A stretch of 64,000 nt of DNA from Octopus bimaculoides (taxonomy: Eukaryota). The stretch spans positions 65,381,900-65,445,899 of the forward strand of contig NC_068982.1 in the NCBI RefSeq assembly GCF_001194135.2, read 5' to 3'. Below, piece after piece: positions 25,101 to 36,320 of the stretch; position 1 is the stretch's first letter; each line of letters opens with the position of its first letter. The notes under the pieces are model-generated. The model was given only the letters and a program-made list of their open reading frames with translations. It had not been told where the DNA came from and did not search any database. The position numbers and the translations under genes are program-made.

Positions 25101-28100
25101 TGTCTGCCAAATTCACTCACAAAGCTTTCATTGACCTTAGGCAAGTGGTTAGAACCCTTAATAAGATTAATATAGATTATGTGGAGGTACATTGGCCCAG
25201 TGATTAGGGCAGCAGACTCACAGACGTAGGATCACGCTTTCAATTCCCAGACTGGCCGTTGTGAGTATTTATTGAGCGAAAACACCTAAAGCTCCATGAG
25301 GCTCTAGCAGGGGGAGGTGGCGAACCCTGCTGTACACTTTCACCACAACTTTCTCTCACTCTTTTTTCTTGTTTCTGTTGTATCTGTATTTCAAAGGGCC
25401 AGCTTTGTCACACTCTGTGTCATGCTGAATCTCCCCAAGAACTACGTTAAGGGTACACGTGTCTGTGGAGTGCTTAGCCACTTGCACGTTAATTTCACAA
25501 GTAGGCTGTTCCATTGATTGGATCAACTGGAATCCTCATTGTCATAACCAATGGAGTGCCACAAATACAGATTATAAAACATCTTTTAAAAAAGTTTCTA
25601 AAAATTGACATCAACAAAAACTAGCTAGTAGCCATTTGTCTTCTATAATAATATGAACTGGTTCTTTTTTTCTCTCCTTTTCTATTTTACTTACCAATGC
25701 GTTCTAATGTGATTGAATCCCAATGTTTTTCAAGTGTAAACTTGCGGTTGAGCTCCAAATCAAGTGTGTGGTAAGCTCCCATCTGCCAAAAATATAGTAT
25801 ATGGGTTTAACTAAATTAGATTTCAAACACTGCAAAAGTTATTTTGACAAAACATTCAATATCAAAAGTGAAGGGATCTTGTTTCAAATATAAGCGATTC
25901 CCATTTAATGAAACTGACAGTCAAAATGTATTGCTTATCAAACAGCAGAGGTAGCTCAGAAATAGACTGAAGGCAATTTATTGGAATCTGTTTATGAACT
26001 TTCATGGCCACAAATAGAAATCTAGGCTGTGCACGTACAGCTTTATTTAAGCAAAGTCATGTAAATAGAGAAGAATAAAGTTTGAAAAATGAAATGACAT
26101 ATCCTTAAGATGAATTGTAAAGCCTGAAAGATATAACAAAAAGACAAACACATCCTTACCTTCACATATTGGTTTTCTGCAATATTTCGGCCTTTCACCC
26201 GCAACACACAAGCCTGAGTGTCAAAGTCAATAGCTTCTACCCGAATGGTAAGTACAGTACGTACTTTACTAGCACTGACACTACCAGTTGCAGATTCATT
26301 CTGAACCTTTCTGCAAATAATATTGAAATTCTTGACTATTATCAAATAACAATAAGAATCACTTTCATAGTTAATGTTTTGTTTTTTTAACTGGAGTTTT
26401 ACAAAACTCTGGGGTTATTGTATGTAGTAGTGCTGCGCATATTTATAACATAAATATAACATCACTTATAACATAAACCTATAATATGCTTAAAAAAAAA
26501 ATGAATATTCTAAATGGAAACATCAAGGTGTGCCATAGATTATATGTATTTTTATGTATACCATCATTAAAAAGAGTTGATAAACTGTGATTAGCAAATA
26601 AGGTAATTTAATGATCAATAATCCTTTAAGAAAAATTAATTGATTTCAGAATTAAAAATTAAATCCTTGTTTGAAAGAGCAGAGAAGTTGCTTCTGAGGA
26701 CTTTGCCACTTGTTGAGAATATGACTTCTCTCATGCTGGTGCCACAGCAAATTGTAACCAGTACAAAGTGGTTGCTGATAGGAAGGGCATCCAGCCATAG
26801 AAACCAAACCAAAAATGAAATATGCAAACAAAGCATGATTCTCTGATTCTGTAAGGGCAATGGTACTCAACAAGAACTGACTCGGAGCATGTCAATCCGT
26901 CCAACCCATATCAGCATGGAAAGGAGATATAAAATGATGATGATGATGCTATTGCTATTTAGCCTCAAGTCAGCTGTAAGTGAGCATGCCATAGTTGCTA
27001 TTTCTAGCAAGTCAAGCAACCACAAAGACAACTACAACAGCAGCAGGAGCAATGTTGTTCATTGTTGCTATGACTGGGAAAATTGTCTTTGCTAATTATT
27101 TATATCCAATAATGCTGGGAATATTTTGGTAGCATGTGCATGATGCATGGGTATGGAAGCTGAGTGAAGAATAAAGGCTGGTATTATCTGGATCAATGTA
27201 CCAGACACAGTCAAAAACTTTGCTAATGTTGAAGGCCACAGCTCTAATGACCAAATTTCTCAAAAGCTAAGGGCAGAGCCACAGGTGAAAGACAAGAGAG
27301 AATAGGTCTCCAATAACTCTGGTTTTATGAAAGCTATGTATTTTTGATGGATTAAGAGTGAAGCACACATGTTAGGGATAATTAGCACAAAATTGGTGAA
27401 GTTTCAATCAGTTGGCTGACTTGAAATACCATAGAGTATAAGAGATGAGGAGAGTAATGTTGAATATCACATGGTTATGTGGCAGCTGTGGAGGCGCAAT
27501 GGTCCAGTGGTTAGGGTAGCGGACTCGTGGTCATAGGATCGCGGTTTCGATTCCCAGACCGGGCATTGTGAGTGTTTATTGAGCAAAAAAGCTCCACGAG
27601 GCTCCAGCAGGGGATGGTGGTGAACCCTGCTGTACTCTTCCACCACAACTTTCTCTCACTCTTACTTCCTGTTTCTGTTGTGCCTGTAATTCAAAGGGTC
27701 AGCCTTGTCACACTGTGTCACGTTGATTATCCCCGAGAATTATGTTAAGGGTACACGTGTCTGTGGAGTGCTCAGCCATTTGTACGTTAATTTTATGAAC
27801 AGGCTGTTCCGTTGATCGGATCAACTGGAACCCTCGACGTCGTAAGCGACGGAGTGCCAACAACAAAACAAACATGTGGCATCTAGTTGTGACAAGGTAA
27901 TGGTCTGACAATCCAAGATGTGCAGAGAAAGTTATGGCTTGATATATGTTGAGTTTTGAGGTGCTAAAAAGATCAATAATGTTCAGAGTGTGTGTATAGG
28001 ACAAGACTTACCGGATAGTTGTTGATTTGAGAACATCTCCAACAGCTACTAAGTTATAAGCATGCCACATATCTTCTGCCTCTTCAGGAATGAGGACCAT

Positions 28101-30894
28101 GCACCTAATGAGAGAGAAATCATATATTGAAAAAAAAACAATTCAATTTGATAAACCTCTCCACTCACTCAAATTGACACAATGAATATTATTGGCCTAC
28201 TATTTAGAGAGCTCACCCTGATGCCCCGTTATCACCATTTTTACTTCTCTTTCTACTTCCACCTCAATTACCCCCAACCATTCTTGTATAATACATGAAA
28301 CCATGTATCTTTTCAACAGCAAGAAACCTGTTCTAACCCTTCTTTAATACTTAAACCTTTCATCACCTAGCATAAAGCCACCTTCCTCTTTACTCTAGAC
28401 CCACTCAGATGAAGATCTTAGTCATACAAGCTACATGACAGCCTCACTAGTGCTGGAGCCAAAAAAAAAAAACATCCAGTGCACTTTGTAATGTGCTTGG
28501 CATTGAGAAGGGCATTCAGCTATGGAAATCTTGCCAAAAGAGACTTGTAGGGCCCTAATGAACCACCAGACCCATGCCAGCATGGAAGACAGACGTTAAA
28601 CGATGATTTTGAATGACACCCTTTATAACCAGTTTAAAACCTTTTATTGTTTAGTCCAAGATTAAACCCTGGTAAAGAAGACCTATAGACATTTTGAGCT
28701 ACAATGACTGGGATTCTGATGTCTAATTGTAATATTGTTCCCGTTTTTGTATCATTAATTCATTAGGCCAACAGTGCAAAATCGATACAATTTTTAGACT
28801 CAACGCCCCAAATATAGGGCTAACTTCTAAGGCACCACGACGTAACTCGTGTCCCTAATTTCAGCGAGTGTGTGCATACATCTGCATTTATAAGGACGTG
28901 CGTCATTTCGAGAACTACAGTTGATGCGGCAAAACCGATGATATAGTTGTCATCGGCGCCCCAAATAAACCAAAGAATAGATATTTCAAGACAGTAGAAT
29001 TCTTTTTCTAGCTAATGTAATTAATGCGAGCGAAGCAGGACTTAACCATCCAAGCGTATCAAATGTTAATGGAAGAGAGTTTGAGTTATTAACAGTAAAT
29101 ATAGGAGATGCAATAACTCTTCTAAATAATGGCCTTCATCGCATTCAACTTTATCCTGGTTGTGGGGAAAATATGTTAGTGAAAATCCGCTAATGATGAA
29201 TTTGGAACAATTATTTAAAATTATCACTTTCATTATTCACTTGGAAAAAAAAAAAAGATATCATCTCTTCCCACAAGGGATAGTTTTACTTCCAATAGGG
29301 CCGCGGAAACGAAAAAGCGCCAAAACATTGCCAAGACAACTTCGGCCAAAATTTGGCCTATTTCCTCAACTCATTTCTCGTCTGCTAATAACAGATTACA
29401 GAACTAATAAATTATGCTAGAGCAACAAAAGGGTGTTATTTTCAATCCTGTGCTACTGAGTATATCTATGTGCATATATAGACAGCTATAAACACCTTGT
29501 TTGTATGAAGACAAGGTGTTTCTGCCTATACATAGATATACGATATCTTCTTTCAACGAAGGTATTGTAAAATAAGGTAAGCTGTTTACATCTCTCTAAA
29601 AATCTATAGATATATTCTATACTACCGTGTGTTATTATTATACAGTTAAGTGGGTTCATTTTTGTATGATAGAGTTCTCAATTTCCCTGCTTTCCCAAAT
29701 ACTGTCATCTGATTGTCAATATGATAGGCGCTACAATGGTCTCTCGGTTCTAAAATACTTCAAACACTTTACTCGAACTATTGAGTACAGAACAATGAGT
29801 AAAAATAAACAATCACGTTTCTATGGTACTAATAATAAGCAGGTATTAATAACGAAGTCTTCAGTCATCCAGCAGAACTAACTTCCATTTTCCCAATGAC
29901 TTGTAAAAACGAGCATTGTTATTCTAGTAAACAGTTTATAAATTATCAACAAGTAAATTTAGTCATTATTCATATAATAGCTAAATTTACTTGGTTAAAT
30001 TATTAGGTAAACTCATTGTTTGAATGTTGTCATTTGACAATCAGTGAAGTTTAAAATGCCAGCTGATGTGACGAGTCCTTCAATTATATTTTTAAAATCT
30101 CAATTAAGTGCTGAGCTACTACAATTTTATACAAAGATTAAATGAATAGACAATTTTGTCGAATAAATTTTTGTTTTTGTTTATTTAGTAATTTGATTGT
30201 GATTATATATATATATATATATACACATATATATATAGTAGTAGTAGTAGTAGTAGTGATCATTATTATTGTTATACACGCTGATGCAATCAATATTGGC
30301 GGACAGAGACAGAAAGAAAAAAAAGACAGCAGGAAAGAGAAGAATGATCTAATAGTTTCCAACAATTAAAAGTTTGTCAAATGGATTGTCCAAACCATTT
30401 TTTTTTTTGGACACATGGACCCTTTTCACTCCTATTTATTCGGGTGGTCCCTCATAGCCATTCGATGTTTAAAAAAAATCACATTAAATTTCTATAATTA
30501 AATACTATTAGGTATTATATAAAAATCAAAACTGTTAAAATATTTCGTGTATTGTCGAAGTAAAATCAATTTATTGCAGATGAATTTTACAAAAAAAAAA
30601 AAAAAAAAATCTTACAGGGCCCCGAAGGGCCATAGAGACCCCCCGTTGAAAACCACTGGTCTAAACAAACTAACCAGTCGAAAATATAAAATGAAAGAAA
30701 AGGACAAAATATCTTCGTAAACCTAAAAGGAATGGGATTTGGACATAAATATTAGAAGTATAATGTGTACATTAGAGGTGATAGATATTAAACTTATCAA
30801 GCAATTCTATACATTTATTTTATATATATATATATATATAACATGCCACTTACCCATCATTGTACTTGTCGATATTTTGGTACACGCGCCTCAT
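6326..30894 (-). CDS. PELO: Protein pelota homolog (Dom34/eRF1-like ribosome rescue factor), whole-gene span; 12 coding exons, 383 aa
   Basis: Exons 30854-30894, 28012-28104, 26160-26310, 25695-25782, 23043-23206, 21225-21285, 18480-18520, 17160-17280, 16445-16565, 11526-11597, 9152-9258, 6326-6417 join in frame through GT-AG introns (sum 1152 nt). Hallmarks: [76 protein letters not shown]. Confidence 0.97.
6748..6952 (+). repeat. 205-bp near-identical direct repeat, copy 1 (copy 2 at 9866-10070)
   Basis: The two copies differ at a single position that I could find (CACGGGAC vs CACGAGAC). Confidence 0.9.
9152..9258 (-). CDS. PELO: pelota exon 11 ([35 protein letters not shown])
   Basis: 107 nt; ccttcctttag acceptor, C|GTAAGT donor. 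Confidence 0.96.
10165..10540 (+). mobile_element. tRNA-derived SINE, family A, full length
   Basis: A box TGGCCCAGTGG, B box GTTTCGATTCC, (CAA)n tail; perfect 11-bp TSD ATCCCATGTCA at 10154-10164 and 10541-10551. Confidence 0.9.
11526..11597 (-). CDS. PELO: pelota exon 10 ([24 protein letters not shown])
   Basis: 72 nt; tcttgtttcag acceptor, AG|GTAAGA donor. Confidence 0.95.
12270..12640 (-). mobile_element. tRNA/CORE-like SINE, family B, tail type 2
   Basis: Head (GGCTG)GTAGTAAGAAGCTTG..CCCAACC, CORE-like CACCTTGGGCAA, internal TA microsatellite; similar copies at 54346-54713 (+) and 62746-63085 (-). Confidence 0.75.
12642..12682 (+). repeat. (GT)n microsatellite abutting the Tc1 TIR
   Basis: About 20 TG/GT units directly before TA-CAGGGG. 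Confidence 0.95.
12686..13865 (-). mobile_element. Tc1-family DNA transposon relic with DD36E transposase (pseudogene)
   Basis: TA + CAGGGGTTGGACAAAATAATGGAAACACC terminal repeat at 12684-12714; HTH ORF 13553-13768 and DDE ORF 12738-13190 joined by a segment with stops and a frameshift; D of DDNAP (13041-13043) to E of NIIEH (12930-12932) spans 36 residues; the other TIR is missing. Confidence 0.92.
16445..16565 (-). CDS. PELO: pelota exon 9 ([27 protein letters not shown]...AVYG)
   Basis: 121 nt; CAG acceptor, GG|GTAAGT donor. Confidence 0.96.
17160..17280 (-). CDS. PELO: pelota exon 8 ([13 protein letters not shown]...[11 protein letters not shown])
   Basis: 121 nt; ttattgtag acceptor, G|GTATCT donor. 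Confidence 0.95.
17357..17670 (+). mobile_element. SINE with a different tRNA/CORE-like head but the family-A 3' half
   Basis: Head GTGCATGGCTTAGTGG and CCTTGAGCAAGACAC; from about 17500 it matches family A (TAATTCAAAGGG...CTGAATCTCCC...GGATCAACT). Confidence 0.7.
18480..18520 (-). CDS. PELO: pelota exon 7 ([13 protein letters not shown])
   Basis: 41 nt; CAG acceptor, AAG|GTAAGG donor; conserved PGF motif. Confidence 0.95.
20461..21100. mobile_element. Non-autonomous DNA transposon (MITE) with perfect 29-bp TIRs, 6-bp TSD and internal CCCTAA repeats
   Basis: TIR GGGATCTATTTTAAAACGGGGGCGCCAGT at 20461-20489, exact reverse complement at 21072-21100; AGAAAT on both sides (20455-20460, 21101-21106). 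Confidence 0.93.
21225..21285 (-). CDS. PELO: pelota exon 6 ([20 protein letters not shown])
   Basis: 61 nt; ttttcattag acceptor, A|GTAAGT donor. Confidence 0.95.
23043..23206 (-). CDS. PELO: pelota exon 5 ([19 protein letters not shown]...[13 protein letters not shown])
   Basis: 164 nt; ttttacag acceptor, AAG|GTTAGC donor. Confidence 0.96.
23532..24394 (-). mobile_element. Internally deleted mariner/maT-like (DDxD) transposon fossil
   Basis: TA-flanked imperfect TIRs (CAGAGTGTCCAGGCTAAATTT vs CAGGATATTCAAGCTAAATTT); minus strand reads [13 protein letters not shown]...WPLNSPD*NPMDY with stops. Confidence 0.82.
25181..25563 (+). mobile_element. tRNA-derived SINE, family A
   Basis: Colinear with 10165-10540; 12-bp TSD AATA(T/C)AGATTAT at 25169-25180 and 25564-25575. 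Confidence 0.88.
25695..25782 (-). CDS. PELO: pelota exon 4 ([29 protein letters not shown])
   Basis: 88 nt; CAG acceptor, G|GTAAGT donor. Confidence 0.96.
26160..26310 (-). CDS. PELO: pelota exon 3 ([10 protein letters not shown]...[10 protein letters not shown])
   Basis: 151 nt; CAG acceptor, AAG|GTAAGG donor; lies within ORF 26043-26345. Confidence 0.97.
27488..27873 (+). mobile_element. tRNA-derived SINE, family A
   Basis: Colinear copy; TSD ATGTGGCA(G/T)CT at 27477-27487 and 27874-27884. Confidence 0.88.
28012..28104 (-). CDS. PELO: pelota exon 2 ([31 protein letters not shown])
   Basis: Acceptor ctctcattag, donor CG|GTAAGT, 93 nt; too short for the ORF track. Confidence 0.96.
30372..30658. 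mobile_element. Degenerate hAT/Charlie-like MITE in pelota intron 1
   Basis: Right end GACCCCCCGTTGAAAACCACTG (reverse complement CAGTGGTTTTCAAC) followed by GTCTAAAC; left end degenerate. Confidence 0.45.
30854..30894 (-). CDS. PELO: pelota coding exon 1 ([14 protein letters not shown])
   Basis: ATG at 30894-30892; donor GG|GTAAGT; phase 2 matches exon 2; aligns with the N-terminus of pelota orthologues (MKLV.KNI.KD..G). Confidence 0.88.
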
Positions 30895-31100
30895 GATAAA
30901 ATATTCAAGAAGCTATCACACCACATAGAGAACGGGAGTCGACGACAAGCCATTACAATCCCCGACTACTAAAACACGTTTTCAGTAAGCATGCTATTAA
31001 AAGTCATACTATCGCATCGTTTGATTGGATGGTGTTTGTTATGTTACAAGGGATCTGATTGGCTAAAATGACTACCCGCTGATAGATGAATTTGTTGCTT
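30895..31100 (-). promoter_or_regulatory. Probable pelota 5' UTR / core promoter with tandem CCAAT boxes
   Basis: CpG-enriched, repeat-free stretch directly upstream of the ATG; two ATTGG (CCAAT on the minus strand) at 31024-31028 and 31058-31062, 34 bp apart, an NF-Y-type arrangement. The TSS cannot be determined. Confidence 0.5.
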
Positions 31101-31569
31101 TATTTCTTTTGTATTTAAGTCCTTTCAGTTTGTTGTGACCTATTCAATTACTCTCCCTCGCTCAGCATACTAAATTATTCTTAAAAAAGAATTCCTTATT
31201 ATATTCGACGTGAGTTCCTCTGCAATCGACAATTTTGAGTTTTTAGCAATAACAAGCATTTCATTTGTCATTAATTTTTTGTGTAGGTTAATATTCACAT
31301 ACCCGCTTTCTACTCTGCCAAGCTGAAAGCTTTCTGAGGCAGTGCTTTACGTCTGGATGCCCTCATTGTTGACTGACATTCCTCATTTACACTTGTCGCG
31401 AGTGGGTTTTGTTAACTTTAAATTTCTACTCGCCCAATTAAACAAGTCACTCTGATGCTTTTGTATATGCTACAAAACCACACAATTCAACCACATCTAC
31501 CACTAAGCCCCCACCAACAAGATAAACTAAAAATATACATAAAGCTTGAAAAACTAAAATACTTTAGTC

Positions 31570-32030
31570 TGACAAAAACAGCACCATTCAAGCGTGATCG
31601 TTGTCAGTGCTGCCTTACTGGCACCTGTGCCAGTGGTATGTGGAAAACAACATTTGAGCATGGTCATTGCCAGTGCCGCCAGACTGGCTCCTGTGCAGGT
31701 GGCACGTAAAAAACACCATTTGAGCATGGTCGTTGCCAATACTGCCTGACTGGCCCTCATGCCAGTGGCACGTAAAAGCACCCACTACACTCTCAGAGTA
31801 GTTGGCGTTAGGAAGAGCATCCAGCTGTAGAAACTTTGCCAGATCAGATTGGAGNNNNNNNNNNCCCACTACACTCTCAGAGTAGTTGGCGTTAGGAAGA
31901 GCATCCAGCTGTAGAAACTTTGCCAGATCAGATTGGAGCCTGGTGCAGCCATCTGGCTCGCCAGTCCTCAGTCAAACCATTCAAGCCATGCCAGTATGAA
32001 AAGTGGACGTTAAATGACGACGACGATGAT
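31570..32030 (+). mobile_element. Family C repeat (internal ~63-bp tandem units, GGAAGGGCATCC module, (GAT)n tail)
   Basis: Many copies in the window (e.g. 7355-7520, 8320-8530, 14975-15180, 32070-32410, 41170-41340, 42050-42300, 55860-56050, 61730-62085); the (GAT)n tail suggests RTE-mobilised SINEs. Confidence 0.7.
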
Positions 32031-34079
32031 GATATATATATACATACATGCACGCACAAAGATCATCATCATCATCATCATCATCGTTTAACGTCCGCTT
32101 TCCATGCTAGCATGGGTTGGACGATTTGACTGAGGACTGGTGAAACCAGATGGCAACACCAACCAACAATCTGATTTGGCAGAGTTTCTACAGCTGGATG
32201 CCCTTCCTAACGCCAACCACTCAGAGAGTGTAGTGGGTGCTTTTATGTGTCACCCGCACGAAGGCCAGTCAAGCGGTACTGGCAACGGCCACACTCAAAA
32301 TGGTGTATTTTATGTGCCACCCACACAAGAGCTAGTCCAGGGGCACTGGCAACGATCTCGCTCGAAAATCCTACGAAGGCCAGTCAGGCGGTACTGGCAA
32401 CAGCCACGCTCAGGTACTGATAGAGAGAGTTAGAGTTGAAATANNNNNNNNNNNNNNNNNNNNNNNNNNNNNNNNNNNNNNNNNNNNNNNNNNNNNNNNN
32501 NNNNNNNNNNNNNNNNNNNNNNNNNNNNNNNNNNNNNNNNNNNNNNNNNNNNNNNNNNNNNNNNNNNNNNNNNNNNCTAGAAGATTGGACACAACATGGA
32601 AGATGATGGGGTGGGCTGAGTAAGTCAGGAATGTTTGAGTTAGAGATAGCATGACACTAGCCAACTCCATAGTGCAGAGGCTGTTATAGCAGCAGTGGAA
32701 AAAAGTAAAAAACAGGAGACAGCACGTCTGTGGGCCAGAGGCCATGTCTGTAAATGATTTTATGCCAATCAGTTGAGTGCCTTTGAATTCTGCTTTTTCG
32801 TGAGATCCCCTTTAGAGATTTTGCACTGTCTGAGAGCTGGCAATAATTCATGAAATCTCAGCCACTGTACGACTGGAACTTGTAGCATACACCTAAATGG
32901 ACCAGTGAAACATAGCTGGATTTTTCTGTTAGTTTTCCTCATCTGTAGCATTTCTGGTTCTAAAATTATTTGGCTTTAAAGTCGGTATTACTCTATGTGT
33001 AATTTGTATGCAGGCGTTAAACTAATGCAAATGTGTAAAAAGCAGAGTATCCATGTGTGTCCAAGGAAGACTTTCACTGACTATTAAAAGAAATTGTTCC
33101 TCTGATAGTGGCTCTTTAAGCCTGCTAAGCTCCTAAATGTTTTTCTTGTAAACATTACAAACAAATCTGTGTATAAGCACATGAGTATGCAATGGTATAT
33201 TCCAGTGTATAGTGCTGTATTTTTGCTTTAGTATATTCCAATGTATAATATTATATACTTTTAAGCTACCTTTAGATTTTCACTCCTTCCTATGTTGTCT
33301 ATTCTGGTGACTTTGTTGGTGACTAGTGAAGACATATTGCAGACCAAATTTATCCTATCCAGTTTGTGCAACTCATTTAAATCTTGCATGGGAAATGCAT
33401 ATTTTTTCCAAAAACATCTGTATTAGCCTTTATTCTTTTTCTCCACTAGTAATGAGCAAAAGTGTTTATTTCTAAGTTGACTTCAACTTATTTGAAACGT
33501 TTGTCTTCCAAGACCACTTTATACAGTTCTTAAATCACAGTTTTAGTTTATACTAAGGATGCCTTCCACATACAGTCACACCAAATAGTATCTGTTTTAG
33601 AATACTCAAATCATTCATTTGGATAATGCTGTCCAGTCTAATGTAAACAGTACTTACGTGGTATTGTTGCAATTCTCAAGTTAAGATTCAATAGGATTTT
33701 TAGTGAATTAATAAGGAACCAGAACTTTAGATGCACCAAATGTTTAGTAGTTAAAAACATGAGTAACCATGAAATGAAATTAACTGAACTGCTCAGATGG
33801 TTTACATGAATTTTCAGATAGTTTGTGTTACCTGGGTAACATTATCTGAAGTAATGTATAGTAGCTAGAAGTAAGGAAGGAATAGCTATTCAGAGAGCTA
33901 TTGTGGTTATTGGTATAAACACGAAGAGGGTGTTTTCCTCCATGTAGAGGTTAAATATGAAACATGCTAGAAGTATGATGCTACATGACAGAAAGACATG
34001 AATATTGTAGAGGCTGGAGTTAGTGTAACAGGAAAATCTGTGAAAACTGATGGTTTGTATTGACAAATAAATAATCCTT

Positions 34080-34273
34080 TCTACTAAAAGCACGAGGCCT
34101 GAAATTTTAGGAGAGGGAACTAGTCGATTATATTGACCCCAGGTCGTACTGGTACTTATTTTATTGACTCTGAAAAGATAAAAGGCAAAGTTGAACTCAG
34201 AATGTAAAGATGGACAAAATGCTACTAAGCATTTTGCCCAGCATGCTAGCAATTCTGCCAGCTCACTGTCTTA
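34080..34273 (-). mobile_element. tRNA-derived SINE, family D (TAAG..AG.GAGCTGGCAGAAT head)
   Basis: Related copies at about 4755-4915 (+), 4965-5070 (+) and 18660-18900 (-). Confidence 0.65.
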
Positions 34274-36288
34274 TGTATTGACAATAAATACAAAACTTGC
34301 AAAATGGAATTAATTTCTATTCCATTTAATTAAAAAGAGTAGAAATGATGCTTTGGGCAGGACCCTATATCGGTGGAAGATGAAATTTTTAATATTAGTG
34401 CTGAATATATTGGATATAATCAGAGAAAAATTAATAATTTAGGAGGAAGACGAGATAACAGTTGTATAACTACTGAGCATTCTAAATGGATGGAACCTGT
34501 GGGTGAAAACTAATTTCAAGAGACTGAACCTCACAAAACAAACACCAAAGGCTATGATATGTGATTAGAAAACTTATCCAACTCAAGTAGGATGGAAAAA
34601 GTAAGTAGTGTCTCAAGTCCTAGGACTCATAGGACCAATTGCATAGTTTCTATGGGGTAGCAGTCACTGAGATTACAACATTCTTCATAAATGGAAACCA
34701 GTCTGTTACTTGTTTACAGCTGTGTGGACTGGAACAATATGAAATGAAGTATTTTGCTCAAGAACACAATACACCATTCAGGTCCAAGAATCGTTGGCAA
34801 TTTTTTCCCTCTATCTTCCTTTCCTGTTGGATTCTCCTGTGATCATGAGTGCAACACCCTAAGGTCACATGCTTTCACAATCATGGAAAAATGAACCTAA
34901 AAAGTTATGAAGATTGGGATATATAACATTCACATTTAGGTCTCCCTCTCCTATTAGTGCACTTCTCCCATCACACTGCCTATGTAACAAGAGATGCATC
35001 ACACTGGATCTCCTCATTGTCAATTGCTTCTTACCATCACCCTTCTTTATCACTGTCATCACTTTCTCTCACAATACAACATTCCCTACTACTCGTTATT
35101 GATATCCATCACCCATCTGCATGCTATCCATCACTGATTCTTGCCTCACATTGTCAATGTTCATCACTCTCACTCACTTCCAATACTCCCTCTTCTATCA
35201 CTGTTTTCCATTTGTCATTCTCCCTTCCCATATCCCACTGTTGTTTTTATTTAATCTCATTACTAACAACTGTAATTGGGTTTCCTTACTAATTACGTTT
35301 GTGTAATATTCCCTCCGTAGTGCAAGTATGAACCTAGTACACTCTTTAAAGTGGCTGACAAAAGAAAGAGGATCCAGTTGTAGAAACCATACCAAAAATA
35401 GAATTTGTGAGATATGGTCTTTGACCCATCTATGTGGGCACTACAAATAAGAAATAACACTGACAGTGACAACCTGTCCAACCCATGCTAACATGGAAAA
35501 GCAGACAAAATGATAATGATGATTGTGTCATATCTGTATACATTTAGTTTTACTGAGAAATTTGTCTCCATGAAGACCATTTTAGGTTTTGAATAAGGAA
35601 CATTCATGCTTCCTGAAACTCACCAAAACTACAAATCTTGATGTGCTTATGCACCATTTCCTCTTTATGACTCTTTTAATGCTTACTTTTCTGTATTTAA
35701 TTCTGTGTACTATTCATGTACCTCTAGCCTTAATTGCTGTGTCATTACATGACCTATATGTCTGCTTTCTATCCCTTCTTTTAGACTTTTTCAAACAAAT
35801 TATAGTGCACCTGAGTACTGTATACAATAAGCTCATTATCATTAACAATTCCTCAGGATTTCCTCTATCTGACTATGTCAAAAGTAAAAATAAATTTTAA
35901 AAATTTTTAAATAATAAATAAAAGCAATCAAATGAAATCCAAAACAATTGGTTAAATGTTAATATTAATTTAATTTCAAAGATAATGTTCTTGGAAAGCA
36001 AAAAGGCATGATGGTAACTTCAAGTAAATATAACTTATATTCATTATTTACTATATTATTAGCTGTTTTATTATGCAATACTAATTTGTCAACTTTGATT
36101 TTCATCATTTTAAGTTGATGAAATAAAACACCAGTCATATACTGAGGTTGAATTTAGCAACTTGTGTTCCTAACAAAATATGTAATCTTAAGCCAATGTT
36201 AAAATTCAATATTACTTTAATCTAGAAGAAAATACAATATAAAATTATATTAAGTGGCTCAAAGATCTTATCATCATTAAAAGAAATC

Positions 36289-36320
<32 letters not shown>

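Noticed and set aside
28215-29130. Alternative candidates for pelota exon 1 (near 28215-28260 and 29047-29130)
   Set aside because: No in-frame ATG or pelota similarity; 30854-30894 fits sequence, phase and donor consensus far better.
31570-31790. CRISPR-like array of ~63-bp repeats
   Set aside because: Eukaryotic context, no unique spacers, no cas genes; the units are an internal minisatellite of a dispersed repeat.
31781-31938. Exact 74-bp tandem duplication around a 10-N gap
   Set aside because: Typical unmerged contig overlap; an assembly artefact.
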